Origin: Octopus sinensis
Taxonomy: Eukaryota
NCBI RefSeq assembly: GCF_006345805.1
Contig: NW_021835893.1
Span: 1-37,671 of the forward strand
Direction: 5' to 3'
DNA: 37,671 nt
Shown here piece after piece: positions 12,858 to 24,292 of this stretch. The position numbers and the translations under genes were made by a program. The first letter of the stretch is position 1. Each line of letters begins with the position of its first letter. The notes beneath the pieces were generated by a model. That model worked only from the letters and a program-made list of their open reading frames with translations, was not told the DNA's origin and did no database searches.

Positions 12858-14138
12858 TATACGGTATAAAGCTGGATCTGCATAAAGTAGAACACGTCTT
12901 TATCGGAGTAATGGCGTGCTATAAAATAAGAGTAACAAGGTTTGTCCATTTAAAAACTGTATATGGAATTGCCTGATGCGTTTCTTCACTTAAGAAGAAT
13001 ATGAAGATATGTATGATTGCTTGATGGAATGAGCAAATAGTATGATGGGTGATTTAAAATAACCACAAATATCTCTCTGAAAAAGAACGCACTTGAGCAC
13101 ATCTCAATAATTTTAAGCATACAAACATATATACATACATGAACACCCAATCTGTGCATATAAATATACACAAATATGCATATTACATTGGAACATTTTA
13201 TAGTAAATACAATTTTCTTATAAAGCTTATTCTAATGCTAATATAAAAAGTAAATATGACCCCGAAAATGTTTTTCCTACTTGAATTTCACTGGAGTGTT
13301 CTATCAGTATAACGATCTATTTGAACGTTTAGTTAAACTGCAAAGAATTTTATGTCCATGTACCCTTACTAAAAGAATAAATTCGGAAAGTAATGCACTT
13401 AGTTACTTTTTGAAGTTACCATTCTCAGCACAGTGGAAGATTTATAGCCCTGCTCAAGGTAATGCTGTACATAGTTGAACAGTCACCATAAAAATACTAA
13501 CACACTTAAATGCTAGTCGAGACGATATTGAAATCCCTGTCCGAAAATTCTATGACACAAGTCTATGTCTCAAAATGTTACAAATGGGAAAAGTTTGCAC
13601 TATAAGAATTCTACTGAGAAATACACGATATAAATAACAGTATACAAATGAGAATTGCCAAATTCGTGGTAGCAGATCCCGTGCTAAGCGAAATCATAAC
13701 TGGTAGAAAAAAAATGAGGCTGTTAAGATAGATTTCACACAACAGAGGTAGAAGGTGCGTTGATTTACTAACAAAGAATAATAAATCAGTTTGTAACCTT
13801 ATGGAATTTCTGAGAGATGTGATGTATAGACGACCACTCGCTGCTACGAAAGTTAACCTGAATATTATTAGACAAAAATCACGAACGAATACATAAGATT
13901 TCATATATACATAACCACATTCATACACACACACACACATATGCACATGCATATATATATATAATATGATAGATATATTATATACATATTGTTATATCTA
14001 GGGAGACGAAAATAGAGACGCACACGCAGGCACACCTATGTTCATCTATACACAAACACACATACACACACACTCTCTCACACACAGAACATATATATAC
14101 ATAGATATATATATATATATATATATAATATATATATA

Positions 14139-14183
<45 letters not shown>

Positions 14184-14564
14184 GTATTCTTATATACATG
14201 TCTTCATGTGTGTGTAAGCCAGTACGCATGTCTACATATTAAAGTGTGTGGAAACTTTTCTGAATAAAGATGGCCGTGTGTGTCTGCCGATAGGCTGCGT
14301 ATATCACAATGCAAATTTAAGATTAACGATAGAAGCTAATGATATATACAGGTGTAGATCCATACATCTTAACATTACTGCACTCAGAGACATTTATTCC
14401 TCCCCATATATCTCCTTCACACTCTCTCACTTCCACACCAACTTTATTTGTATTTACACACACACTCACACACACACTCATATATATACTGATATATATA
14501 TATATATATACATACATATTATTATATGTATGCGTAGGTGCATATATATATATATATATTATAT

Positions 14565-14608
<44 letters not shown>

Positions 14609-15272
14609 TGTGTTTATATATATATATAGACATGTATATATGTATAGGTGTATAAATATGCATATATATATCTTATTATTACATGCATATAAATAATAAT
14701 TGTAGGTGTATATATACATATATATATACATATATATAATTATATATATGTGTGTGTTTGTGTGTATGTATATATGTGAGTGTGTATTCGCATATATACA
14801 TGCACGTATTTGTGTGTGTGTTTGTAGATACATATATATCTTTATGCGATGAAAAAGAGATAGCATGAGTTAGACGGAAACGCAGAAAGCGCGAGACGTG
14901 CAGACAGCCAGACACGGGACAGAAATAGCAATAATAATAATAATAATAATACAACTAATACTTACACATCTATCACTGCAGACAATGAATTTGATTTACA
15001 TGATAGTCTTATTGTTTATTAAGCCCGACGGCTCAATAAATCAAACACGTTCAGGTGTAGAAATCACTGAAATTGTTCCATGGCCATGTGTATAGATTTT
15101 CGAGGTTTGGGGAGCTCCTGTGTTTTAAAGGAACTGCAGTATATGTTCTGCTAGTCTCTAGATACCTCTCTCAACTTTAAATCATTCTCATTCTACATTT
15201 TTCATTTATTTACCCTTCTGATGCCATATATTCTTATATATAGGTCTATTATCTATCTATCCATCTATCTAA

Positions 15273-15370
<98 letters not shown>

Positions 15371-16113
15371 CTGCACGCAATCGTGCAGTGTCCAGCAATT
15401 TCCCACCTGTGGGCTTATGTCGAACGACTGCTGTCACGTGTGGAACGTGTCGGTTTATCAGCCGAGTCTATCGTTAATATCGTCACGCCTCCTTCCTTCA
15501 AACGGAAAGGAAGAGCTATTTTTATCATACTTGTGGCTATGGCGAAAGAATGTATCTGGTGGACGCGTCTGAAAGGATTAGAGACAAACACTTTCCTCTC
15601 TGGTCAATCTCTCATCAACTTCTTCAAGTATCACTTGAAGAAAAAAGTGAGAGTAGAGAGGCAAGTTTTGTCTAGTGAATGTTTTAAAAAAAGATGGGTG
15701 AATGTAGCAAGGATAGCCCGTATGAATGACGAAGCCACATTGACTATGATTCTATGAACCGTAAAAATTAATACAGAGAGTTGCTTATTTGCAAAAAAAA
15801 AAAAAAAAAGAAATATAACATGTGACTTCATTGACCGAGGTTACCGTGGTCTTTTCCGTAGGCTTTTCTTTCCACGGGTAAACCTTACCTGTCCTCCCCT
15901 TTACACTTCATATTGACATTTTTGTGATAACGATCCCTATTGATCAATTTTTTTTCCTCTCCCCCTTTTTTTTAACCCCCCCTTTTTTTGTCCTCTTTCT
16001 CTCCTTTTACGATCCCTTTTGATCGACCCCCCCTTTTTTTTACCTTCAAAAGAAAAGCTCTACCTTGTAATTTGTTCTATCTGTGTGCAGCCCTGTGTGG
16101 CTAATAAAGAAAC
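15371..16113 (+). mobile_element. 5'-truncated L1/Tx1-type LINE: ORF2 C-terminus (15371-15757) plus 3' UTR
   Basis: Uninterrupted frame LHAIVQCPAISHLW (end of a CCHC knuckle)...AKECIWWTR...ERQVLSSECFKKRW, typical of L1/Tx1 ORF2 ends; pyrimidine-rich UTR; AATAAA at 16103-16108; (TATC)n on both sides. Confidence 0.8.
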
Positions 16114-16218
16114 ATATCTATCTATCTATCTATCTTTCTATCTATCTATCTATCTATTTATCTATCTATCTAACTATCCACATACTTATCTATCAATCTT
16201 TCTATCCATCCATCTATC

Positions 16219-16254
<36 letters not shown>

Positions 16255-16257
16255 GAC

Positions 16258-16299
<42 letters not shown>

Positions 16300-16320
16300 G
16301 CTCTATACACACACACCACA

Positions 16321-16385
<65 letters not shown>

Positions 16386-16547
16386 ATATGTAGAAAAATA
16401 CAAACTGGGACAAGAACGCAAAACATTTAGAAGACGATACAAAAAACACGGACATTCGAAGCCTTCAATCTTCAGTCAAGAACCGGATCATCGTAGCAAT
16501 TTCAGCTGATCAATCTTGAGATATATATATATAATATATGTATACAT

Positions 16548-16699
16548 TGGCTGTGTGGTAAGTAATTTGCTTACCAACCATATGATTCTGTGTTCAGTCC
16601 CACTGCGTGGCACCTGGTACAGATATCTTCTACTATAGCCTCTGGCCTACCAAACCCTTGTGAGTAGATTTGGTAGACTTGAACTGGAAGAACCCCATC
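16548..16699 (+). mobile_element. SINE family B, left arm only, diverged
   Basis: tggctgtgtggtaagtaatttgcttaccaacca...ttcagtcccactgcgtggcacc...ccttgtgagtagatttggtagac. Confidence 0.88.
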
Positions 16700-16788
16700 A
16701 TATATATATATATATATATACAGCAGGAGGTGCAGATGAGTGCAGCTGCATCAAACTCTCTCATGAACCAAATGTCAATTGCTGATCA

Positions 16789-16857
16789 CTGACAAAATTC
16801 CGTGTTGCACTGAATTTTGTCAGTCAGCAAGTCGCGGTCTCAAATCGACGAAAATAA
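16789..16857. repeat. Centre and right arm of a palindromic dispersed repeat
   Basis: Perfect 12-bp stem ctgacaaaattc (16789-16800) / gaattttgtcag (16812-16823); the flank gtcgcggtctcaaatcgacgaaaata resembles the reverse complement of 20148-20180. Confidence 0.7.
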
Positions 16858-17874
16858 TTAAAAAGTGGTCCCCAAAATTCCACACAATTAGCTGCATAGA
16901 GACGGAGTGCAGTTCAAAATCAGTCAACGCCCAGCATTTGCAAATGTGTTGCTTAAACAGCAATATATTACTCACAAAATTAGTTGCGTCGTTCAGATTA
17001 AGATGTTTCATTTAATTAACCGAATATTTCTCGATTTTACAGAAGTCAAAATTAAAATTACACACGACGATAGCATACGAATAGAATCGTATCTTCATAA
17101 TTACGGAAACAATCTTAGTGTCTCATAGTTTTGTAATTTCGCCAATTTTTTTCTTAATAAAGATTCCTTACTTTGGCAAACTACCATCAAAATGTCGGAG
17201 TATATCTCCAATGTAATTGAGAGTAATATATGTTAAGGTGTAACTAATGAATTACAGAGATATGAAAGAGAGACTTGTAGACAGATTTTCAATGTAAGAG
17301 CGCAACACATTTACAAGGAAGTTGTAATAATTCTTGCCATAATATATATATTAAATTCATATTTATGACACATGGCCAAAATACCACAAAATATTTTTAA
17401 TTGAAATTATTTTATCTAATGAATTCGTACAGTCAGAACGACGCCTCACGACATGGAAATCAGATGCGTCTTGAAAATAGAACGGAAAGATAGGAGTCGA
17501 CATCACGCGAGGATTTACATCAGAAATCTCTTAGGAAATCATAAATTAATGAAGAAATGTATATATACAAAATATATAGACGTTTCCCTCTACGTAACTA
17601 TATATGAATTAGGACAAGTTGATTTTAATATATCACTATCTGTAGAAGAGTATACGATTTTAGAATTTCTGTCCAAAATCTCAACGTCACTTTTCCCATT
17701 CTTCCGCCAATATATTTGTATTATTTACACTGTACATCTCTCTCCCTCCCTCTTGCCTATCTTCGTCTGTGATTATCTCTCATTCTCTCTGTTTATGTAC
17801 ATATACATATAAACGTATATAATATATATATACACGCACACATATATACACACACACATATATATACATATGTA

Positions 17875-17953
<79 letters not shown>

Positions 17954-18699
17954 ATATATATATATATATATATATATCTTTACATATTTGTGTACACTCA
18001 TACTTCCATATATATATATAGACAATGAAATCACAGACACACATACGAATTAGTAGAAATAGACACGGAGACATCTGTAAATTGATAAAATTAATAAAAA
18101 AAAAATGTAGAAATTTTGTAAATAGAACAAAAAAAACCCCAACAAAACTAAACAATAAGAAAGTTAAAGAAAGTGAAAGAGGCACAAAGTTCTTAAAATT
18201 AGATTAGATTTTGGTCAAATATTTCTAATAATGAAATTATTTTAATAATAAATGTTGGGAAAGAAAAGACAAATATTCTCAAAAATTAAAGAGTGAAAAT
18301 TATATGAAAAAAAATGTTTAAAAAATGAGAAAGAACAGAAAAAAGCCGAAGACAATAAAACGATTTAAATTTGACCATACTAATAATCTTATTTGTAGTT
18401 ATCATCATCTCGTTGAGTTTTGTTCGATTGAAAGACAGAGAAGAGGAATGCTTGCTTCAGCAGACGACGGGAAGGTTGCTTTTGTTTTAAAGAACACTAC
18501 TAGAAGATGCTGTGTTATCATCATTGCAAAAGACGGCCAGAACTAGGAAAGAAGGGGGAAAAAAAAATACTGAGAAAAATTTTTTAAAGAAATGGAAATG
18601 CAGCTGAGAAAGAGAGAAAACGCCAACAGACAGAAAAAGAAAGTGTACCCAATAAAAATGGTGGTGTTAATGTTAGATCGTATTGATTAGATTAGTACA

Positions 18700-19895
18700 G
18701 ATGATGATGCTGATGATGATTGTGGTGGTGATGATGATGGTGTTAGTGGTGATGATGAGGAGGATGGTGATAATGATGGTGTTGGTGATGATGATGATAC
18801 TGCTGATGACGATGATGATGGTGGTTGTGGTGTTGCTGATGATGGTGGTGGTGGTTGTGATGATGATGATGATGATGATAGTTGTGGTGATGCTGATGAT
18901 GATGATGGTGGTGGTGATGATGATGATGATGATAGTTGTGGTGATAATGATGATGATGATGGTGGTTGTGATGATGATGATGATGATGGTGGGGATGCTG
19001 ATGATGATGACGACGACAACGATGATGATGATGATAATGGCGATGGTGATGACGACGGTGATGATGATGAAGTTGGTGATAATGATGATTTTGGTGATGA
19101 TGATGATACTGCTGATGAGGATGATGATGATGGTGGTAGTGGTGATGATGATGATGATGATAGTTGTGGTGATAATTATGGTAGTTATGATGATGATTAT
19201 GATGACGATGGTTGAGATGCTGATGATGATGACGACGACAACGATGATGATGATGACGATAATGGTGATGGTGATGACGACGGTGATGATGATGAGGATG
19301 GTGATAATGATGATGTTGGTGATGATGATGATACTGATAATGACGATGATGATGATGGTTGCGATGACAGATGATGATGTTGATGATTATAAGGCTGATG
19401 GTGATGACAATGGTCATGATGTTTGTGATGACGATAACGATGATGATGCAGATGGTGATGATCCTGATGTTCATGATGATGCTGATGACGATGAGGATGC
19501 TGATTAGGATGAGGATGATGGCGTTCATGAAGAAGAATAAGAAGAGGAGCTGAATGAAGTGGTGGTGGAGGAGGAGGTCGAGGTCGAAAATATATAGAAG
19601 AAGAAGAAGAAGAAGAAGAGGAAGGAGAAGAAGAAGAAGAAGGATGAAGAGGAGGAGAGGAAGAAAAAGAAGAAGAAGATGAAGGAGGAGGAGGAGGAGG
19701 AGGAGAGGAAGGTAACGAAGAAGAAGAAGAAGAAAAAAATGCGGTGCTCCATAATGGCCACAGTCAAAGGACTGGAACAAGTACTAGAGTAAAAGACTAA
19801 GTAGAAATGAATGATGGTGATGGTGAATATGATGAGGTGGAAGTGAGGAAGAGGACAACGATGATGACAGTGATAATGATGATGATGATGATGAT
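18700..19895. repeat. Long degenerate trinucleotide array: (GAT/GGT)n grading into (GAA/GAG)n and back to (GAT)n
   Basis: Direct reading; explains the poly-Met/Val, poly-His and poly-Ser ORFs. Confidence 0.93.
19741..19796 (+). mobile_element. SINE family B tail fragment
   Basis: gcggtgctccataatggccacagtcaaaggactggaacaagtactagagtaaaaga resembles the family B tail. Confidence 0.75.
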
Positions 19896-20147
19896 TCTTA
19901 TTGATCCTATTACTAATATTAGACATCTGACATGAACAAGAAACCTCAATTGCGGGAACATACTTGATTGAGTAGGAAAAAAAGAAAAAACTTAGCTAAT
20001 TACGGAGATGTACTTGCATAGCAAGTGCCCTGATCTGAGATCGTGTGCTGGAACGAAAACAATTGCAGCGTGGAAGGTGTTTATAAGCCTCTTAAGAAAC
20101 AAACAAAAACCGTTAGATTCACTTCAGCATTTAAATTCAATTTGCCA

Positions 20148-20213
20148 AAATATTTCCGTCGTTTTTTGACCGCGACCTGACCATTAATAAAATTCTGTGC
20201 TGCAGGGAATTTT
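20148..20213. repeat. Left arm and centre of the same palindromic repeat as 16789-16857 (may extend left to ~20001)
   Basis: aaaatatttccgtcgttttttgaccgcgacctg...aaaattctgtgctgcagggaatttt; the centre matches aaaattccgtgttgcactgaatttt. Confidence 0.65.
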
Positions 20214-20216
20214 GGC

Positions 20217-20743
20217 CATTGAACACTTTGCAACAAGTATGAACTTGAGAAAGCAAAAAATTGGTACGACCAGAAACCTGAAGGCATCGTCGAAAATAGA
20301 AATGCAAATATCGTATGGGATTTTATGATTCAATGCGATCATGAGATAGAGAATAGGAAGCCAGACGTAGTCTTAATTAAGAATGAAAGCAAACAATGCT
20401 GGATCATAGATATAGCATGACCAGCTGACAACAAGTTATGCGATAAGGAAGGAAGACAGATCGAGAGATATGACAGGTTAGCTTGGGAAGTTAAGCAGAT
20501 GCGGTCGATGAAAAAGGTGTTAGTAGTAGCAATAATTGTCGTAGCCCTGGTAACAGTGAACAAGAATCTCGAGAAGTACGTGCAACAAATAGGGGCAGCA
20601 ATAAGGGTGGAGCACTTGCAGAAAACAGCACTGCTTGCAACCGTTCAAACCCTCCAAAAGGTGCTCGAACAGTAAGAGTTGCTAGCTTAGTTCACTGGTA
20701 GTGAACAGCTGACACTGCAGTCAGTTAGAAGGTGCAGAAATGC
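20217..20743 (+). pseudogene. R4/Dong-like LINE 3' remnant, restriction-like endonuclease (RLE) domain; absent from the ORF track
   Basis: Manual translation of 20217-20675: H*TLCNKYELEKAKNWYDQKPEGIVENRNANIVWDFMIQCDHEIENRKPDVVLIKNESKQCWIIDIA*PADNKLCDKEGRQIERYDRLAWEVKQMRSMKKVLVVAIIVVALVTVNKNLEKYVQQIGAAIRVEHLQKTALLATVQTLQKVLEQ*; two internal stops; short UTR then (TAA)n. Confidence 0.88.
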
Positions 20744-20806
<63 letters not shown>

Positions 20807-20882
20807 TAGAAGAAGAAGAAGAAGAAAGATAAGAAGTATAACAAGAATTATGATAATAATATTAATAATAATTGTAATAATA

Positions 20883-20914
<32 letters not shown>

Positions 20915-21015
20915 TATAATAATAATATAATAATAATAATAATAATAATAATTTAATAATAATAATAATAATAATCAATAATAATATTATAATCATAATA
21001 ATAATAATAATAATA
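20744..21015. repeat. (TAA)n with a short (GAA)n insert
   Basis: Direct reading. Confidence 0.96.
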
Positions 21016-21524
21016 AAGCGTAACGATTCTGTGGGACTTTCCATCAAAGCCAATAAACCAGATATTGTTGTGAAAGACAAAAACAATAAAGTTTGCTTAT
21101 TGATTGACATGAACATCCCCTGTGATCATAATATCTCGGCGAAAGAGTTTGACAAGCTCAGAAAATATAAAGACCTACTCATTGAAATTGAGAAAATGTG
21201 GCATCTCAAGGCGGTTACAATACCAGTGATCGTAGGAGCACTAGGAATGATCAAGAAGGGAACCGAAAATTATATGAGAATGATCCCTGGCTTACCATCC
21301 CTGCAAGAAGTGCAAAAGATTGTCTTAACTGGTACATCACACGTATTGGAAAGAGCATTGTCGATGTGAGAATTATTACTACCCATGTATTTTAATTTAA
21401 CTTTAAAAAATGAACGAACTATTGAGTTTAGTTTAATGGCCTACCAATGTATACTATGGTTTCTTTGCCCTAGGAGTCGGGAAGACACTCGGCAAGAAAT
21501 GGAAGCAAATTTGAAAGAAGAAGA
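21016..21524 (+). mobile_element. 5'-truncated R4/Dong-like LINE with open RLE C-terminus (to 21369) plus 3' UTR
   Basis: IKANKPDIVVKDKNNKVCLLIDMNIP...KEFDKLRKYKDL...EKMW...IPVIVGALG...QKIVLTGTSHVL is a PD..D..K..KY RLE signature; (TAA)n on both sides. Confidence 0.92.
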
Positions 21525-21584
21525 AAATAATAATAATATAATAATAATAATAATAATAATAAAATAATAATAATATAATAATAA

Positions 21585-21615
<31 letters not shown>

Positions 21616-21713
21616 AAGAAGAAGAAGAAGAAGAAGAAGAAGAAGAAGAAGAAGAAGAAGAAGAAGAAGAAGAGAAGAGAAGAAGAAGAAAAAGAAGAAG
21701 AAGAAAAAGAAGA
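21525..21713. repeat. (TAA)n followed by (GAA)n
   Basis: Direct reading. Confidence 0.96.
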
Positions 21714-22032
21714 AGCTCAGAACTCAAAGCAGAGACTGGAGGATTTTTAATTGCAGCAAAAGGCCAAAGCCAGGATTTACCAAAAACATATGAAAAGAAA
21801 TATAACAAGTAACTGTAGAATATGGGCAGTGGACAAGAAACAATAAATCATATTATCTCTGGATGCCTAGTCCTGGCTAAAAAGGTATATATTCAGCGAA
21901 ACGACAGAATTGGGGCCTACATACACTGGAAGCTATGCCGACACTGTGGGATAACAACAGAAAAAAATGGTATAAGCACACGCCAGAAAAGTTCACAGAA
22001 AACGAGAATGCAACCATACTCTGGCATATGCC

Positions 22033-22099
<67 letters not shown>

Positions 22100-22122
22100 T
22101 GAGGCCACTAGGCCAGGTATAT
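21714..22122 (+). pseudogene. R4/Dong-like LINE internal remnant: CCHC zinc knuckle to start of RLE, frameshifted
   Basis: ELKAETGGFLIAA..., NCRI/GSGQETINHIISGCLVLAKKVYIQRNDRIGAYIHWKLC..., WYKHTPEKFTENENATILWHMP-(GA)n-DIEATRPGI. Confidence 0.88.
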
Positions 22123-23022
22123 AGAAGTGTTAACATCTATGCTTTTGTGTTGGGGTAAGTGATGTTTTACAGGAAATACTGTGCGCAATAAATCCCACGA
22201 ATATTGTCTGTTACGTGAAAATCTGCGATGTAGAAACAGTACGGTACTGTATATTTATTTTTATTATTTTCATAATTTGCATATATTTATTTTATTATAA
22301 ATGCAAAACAACACTACGGAGGAATCATCGAAAGCTTAAATAATAAACCGTGATATTTGAACCGCGATAAGGTGAAAGATAGTTTTGTTAGTGGCTTAGT
22401 CTAAACTAGTTGAGCATGTCCATCTGTGCCCAGCGTTATGTTATTGTCTGATTACAAACAGGAGTAATGGGGAACATCATAGCCATGTGGTGAGATGAAT
22501 TTTTTGGCATTTGAACAATTGACCCCTGGAAACACGGTGGTTTCATTCATCATTCTTCAAAACGTTTATCCAGGGACATTTTGAGCGGCATAACGGGATA
22601 GGCTATCCGCCCTGAAGAAACTTCAAACTGGGACATATCTAAAAGTCAAAATATACATACGCCGTTTATTTTGTCTTGAGGTCAGTTCATCATTTCGCCT
22701 GGTGTACTCTTATCAAATATGATGTCATAATGGGTCATATGGGACTTCGTATATTTGTGCCCTATGTCACTCTGACGGCATGCGATGCTCTCTCACTCAG
22801 TGACAATGGTAATAAAGAATAAATAAGATCGTCAATAACACAGAAACATCGGAAAAGAAAACTGATGTGAGTGAAACCATAGAGAAAGGGAAAAAAGAAC
22901 GATCAAAACGGAATAAAATAGACAAAAATTGAGAATCGAATAAAAATAGGAAGCATACGTGTGCATACAAATATATATATACATACATATATATTATGTG
23001 TATATATATATATATATACATA

Positions 23023-23092
<70 letters not shown>

Positions 23093-23123
23093 TATATATG
23101 TATATGTATACATATATATATAT

Positions 23124-23251
23124 GCTCGAAACGTTAAACCTTCTTCTTCCCTTCTTTCCTGAGCGTCCAATAATACTTTATTTGTTTCCACGTCCTTTCG
23201 TTGTTGTGTTTGTTTTGTTTTTTGGTGTGTTTTCTTGTTTGGATTAACCTT

Positions 23252-23252
<1 letters not shown>
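23124..23252 (+). mobile_element. Truncated relative of the 7985-8184 Penelope-like remnant
   Basis: gctcgaaacgttaaac...ttcctgagcgtccaataatac...tttgtt parallels gctcgaaacgtaaaag...ttcctgagcgttatactaatac...tttgtt; flanked by (TA)n. Confidence 0.5.
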
Positions 23253-23291
<39 letters not shown>

Positions 23292-23360
23292 ATATATATA
23301 TAACATTATTGGTGAATTGAAGAAATGGAGCTGAACGCAGATTGAACAGAAATCGTTTTA

Positions 23361-23450
23361 TTCCATTCTACACGTGTTTCGAAAGGCACAAATTACCAAA
23401 ATCCAATTGAATAATGGGACCATATTGTGTCTTTCTCTTCAGGAAGAAAA
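23361..23450 (-). ncRNA. Minimal type I hammerhead ribozyme motif (Penelope-like element type)
   Basis: Minus strand reads UUUUCUUC-CUGAAGA-GAAAGACACAA-(33 nt)-UUGUGCCUUUC-GAAA-CACGUG-UA-GAAUGGAA: intact CUGANGA/GAAA/UH core, 10/11-bp helix II, palindromic helix III region ACACGUGU, short helix I UUC/GAA. Confidence 0.78.
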
Positions 23451-24226
23451 TAGGAAATCCGTTGGAAAAACAAAAACAGAACAGAGGCGGAGCAAAAACA
23501 AATCGAACTATGCTCCTAAGAGCCCATGGCGAAACTGTTTATCAGTGTATGTTGAGAACCGGTGGCTGAAGAATTTAACGGGTCAGGCATCGGTCAATCA
23601 TGTGGGTGAGGGTGTATAGATGTTCTTTGTGACCGAGAATAAAGTTCTGACTATTTAAGGAATATTGGATGTTTTATAAGGGGCGAGAAAAAATCTACTT
23701 AGAGACGTGTGTGTGTGTATACTGTTCTATATATGTGTGTGTTGGCGTAGGGGTAGAAAACATTTTTTGTGTACGTGTGTGCGTTTGATCGTTCGGCTGT
23801 CAGTGGCTACTGCCGCGAGAACCGTTGGGTGGCAGAAAAAAAAATATATATATTATGTTTTATGTGTGTGTGTGTTCATCTAAGCCTGCCTTGTCAAGGA
23901 AGCCCCCCGCTGTGAAAAAACCAAACCCCGTTTGTCTTACAGGAGTAATTCCCCTTGCAGTGGTTAATCGTAGATATCTTAAAGGCTATTTCAGAATTTG
24001 TTACCAAGGGCTATGGGTGCCGGTATTATTTATAAACGCTATTTAAAAGCCAGATAATCTACTACAAGATTATTCATCTTTCTATTTCACATAATATATA
24101 TATGTGCATGCATGTATATATGTATATACAGGTATATACATATATACATATGTACATATGCATATATATATATACATATATGTATATATATATATATATA
24201 TGCACACATATATATATGCACACATT

Positions 24227-24292
<66 letters not shown>

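Noticed and set aside
16390-16520. Possible further Penelope-like terminal remnant with ctgaaga on the minus strand
   Set aside because: Followed by GAAU rather than GAAA, with poor helix geometry; no second copy in the window to support a call.
18683-19780. 274-aa Met/Val-rich and 345-aa His/Leu-rich ORFs
   Set aside because: Alternative frames of the (GAT)n/(GAA)n array; the longer one starts inside a SINE tail fragment.
23516-23540. Plus-strand hammerhead-like ctaaga-gcc-cat-ggc-gaaa-ctgtt
   Set aside because: The core lacks the essential G of CUGA and there is no helix I or III pairing; at best a dead relic or a chance match.
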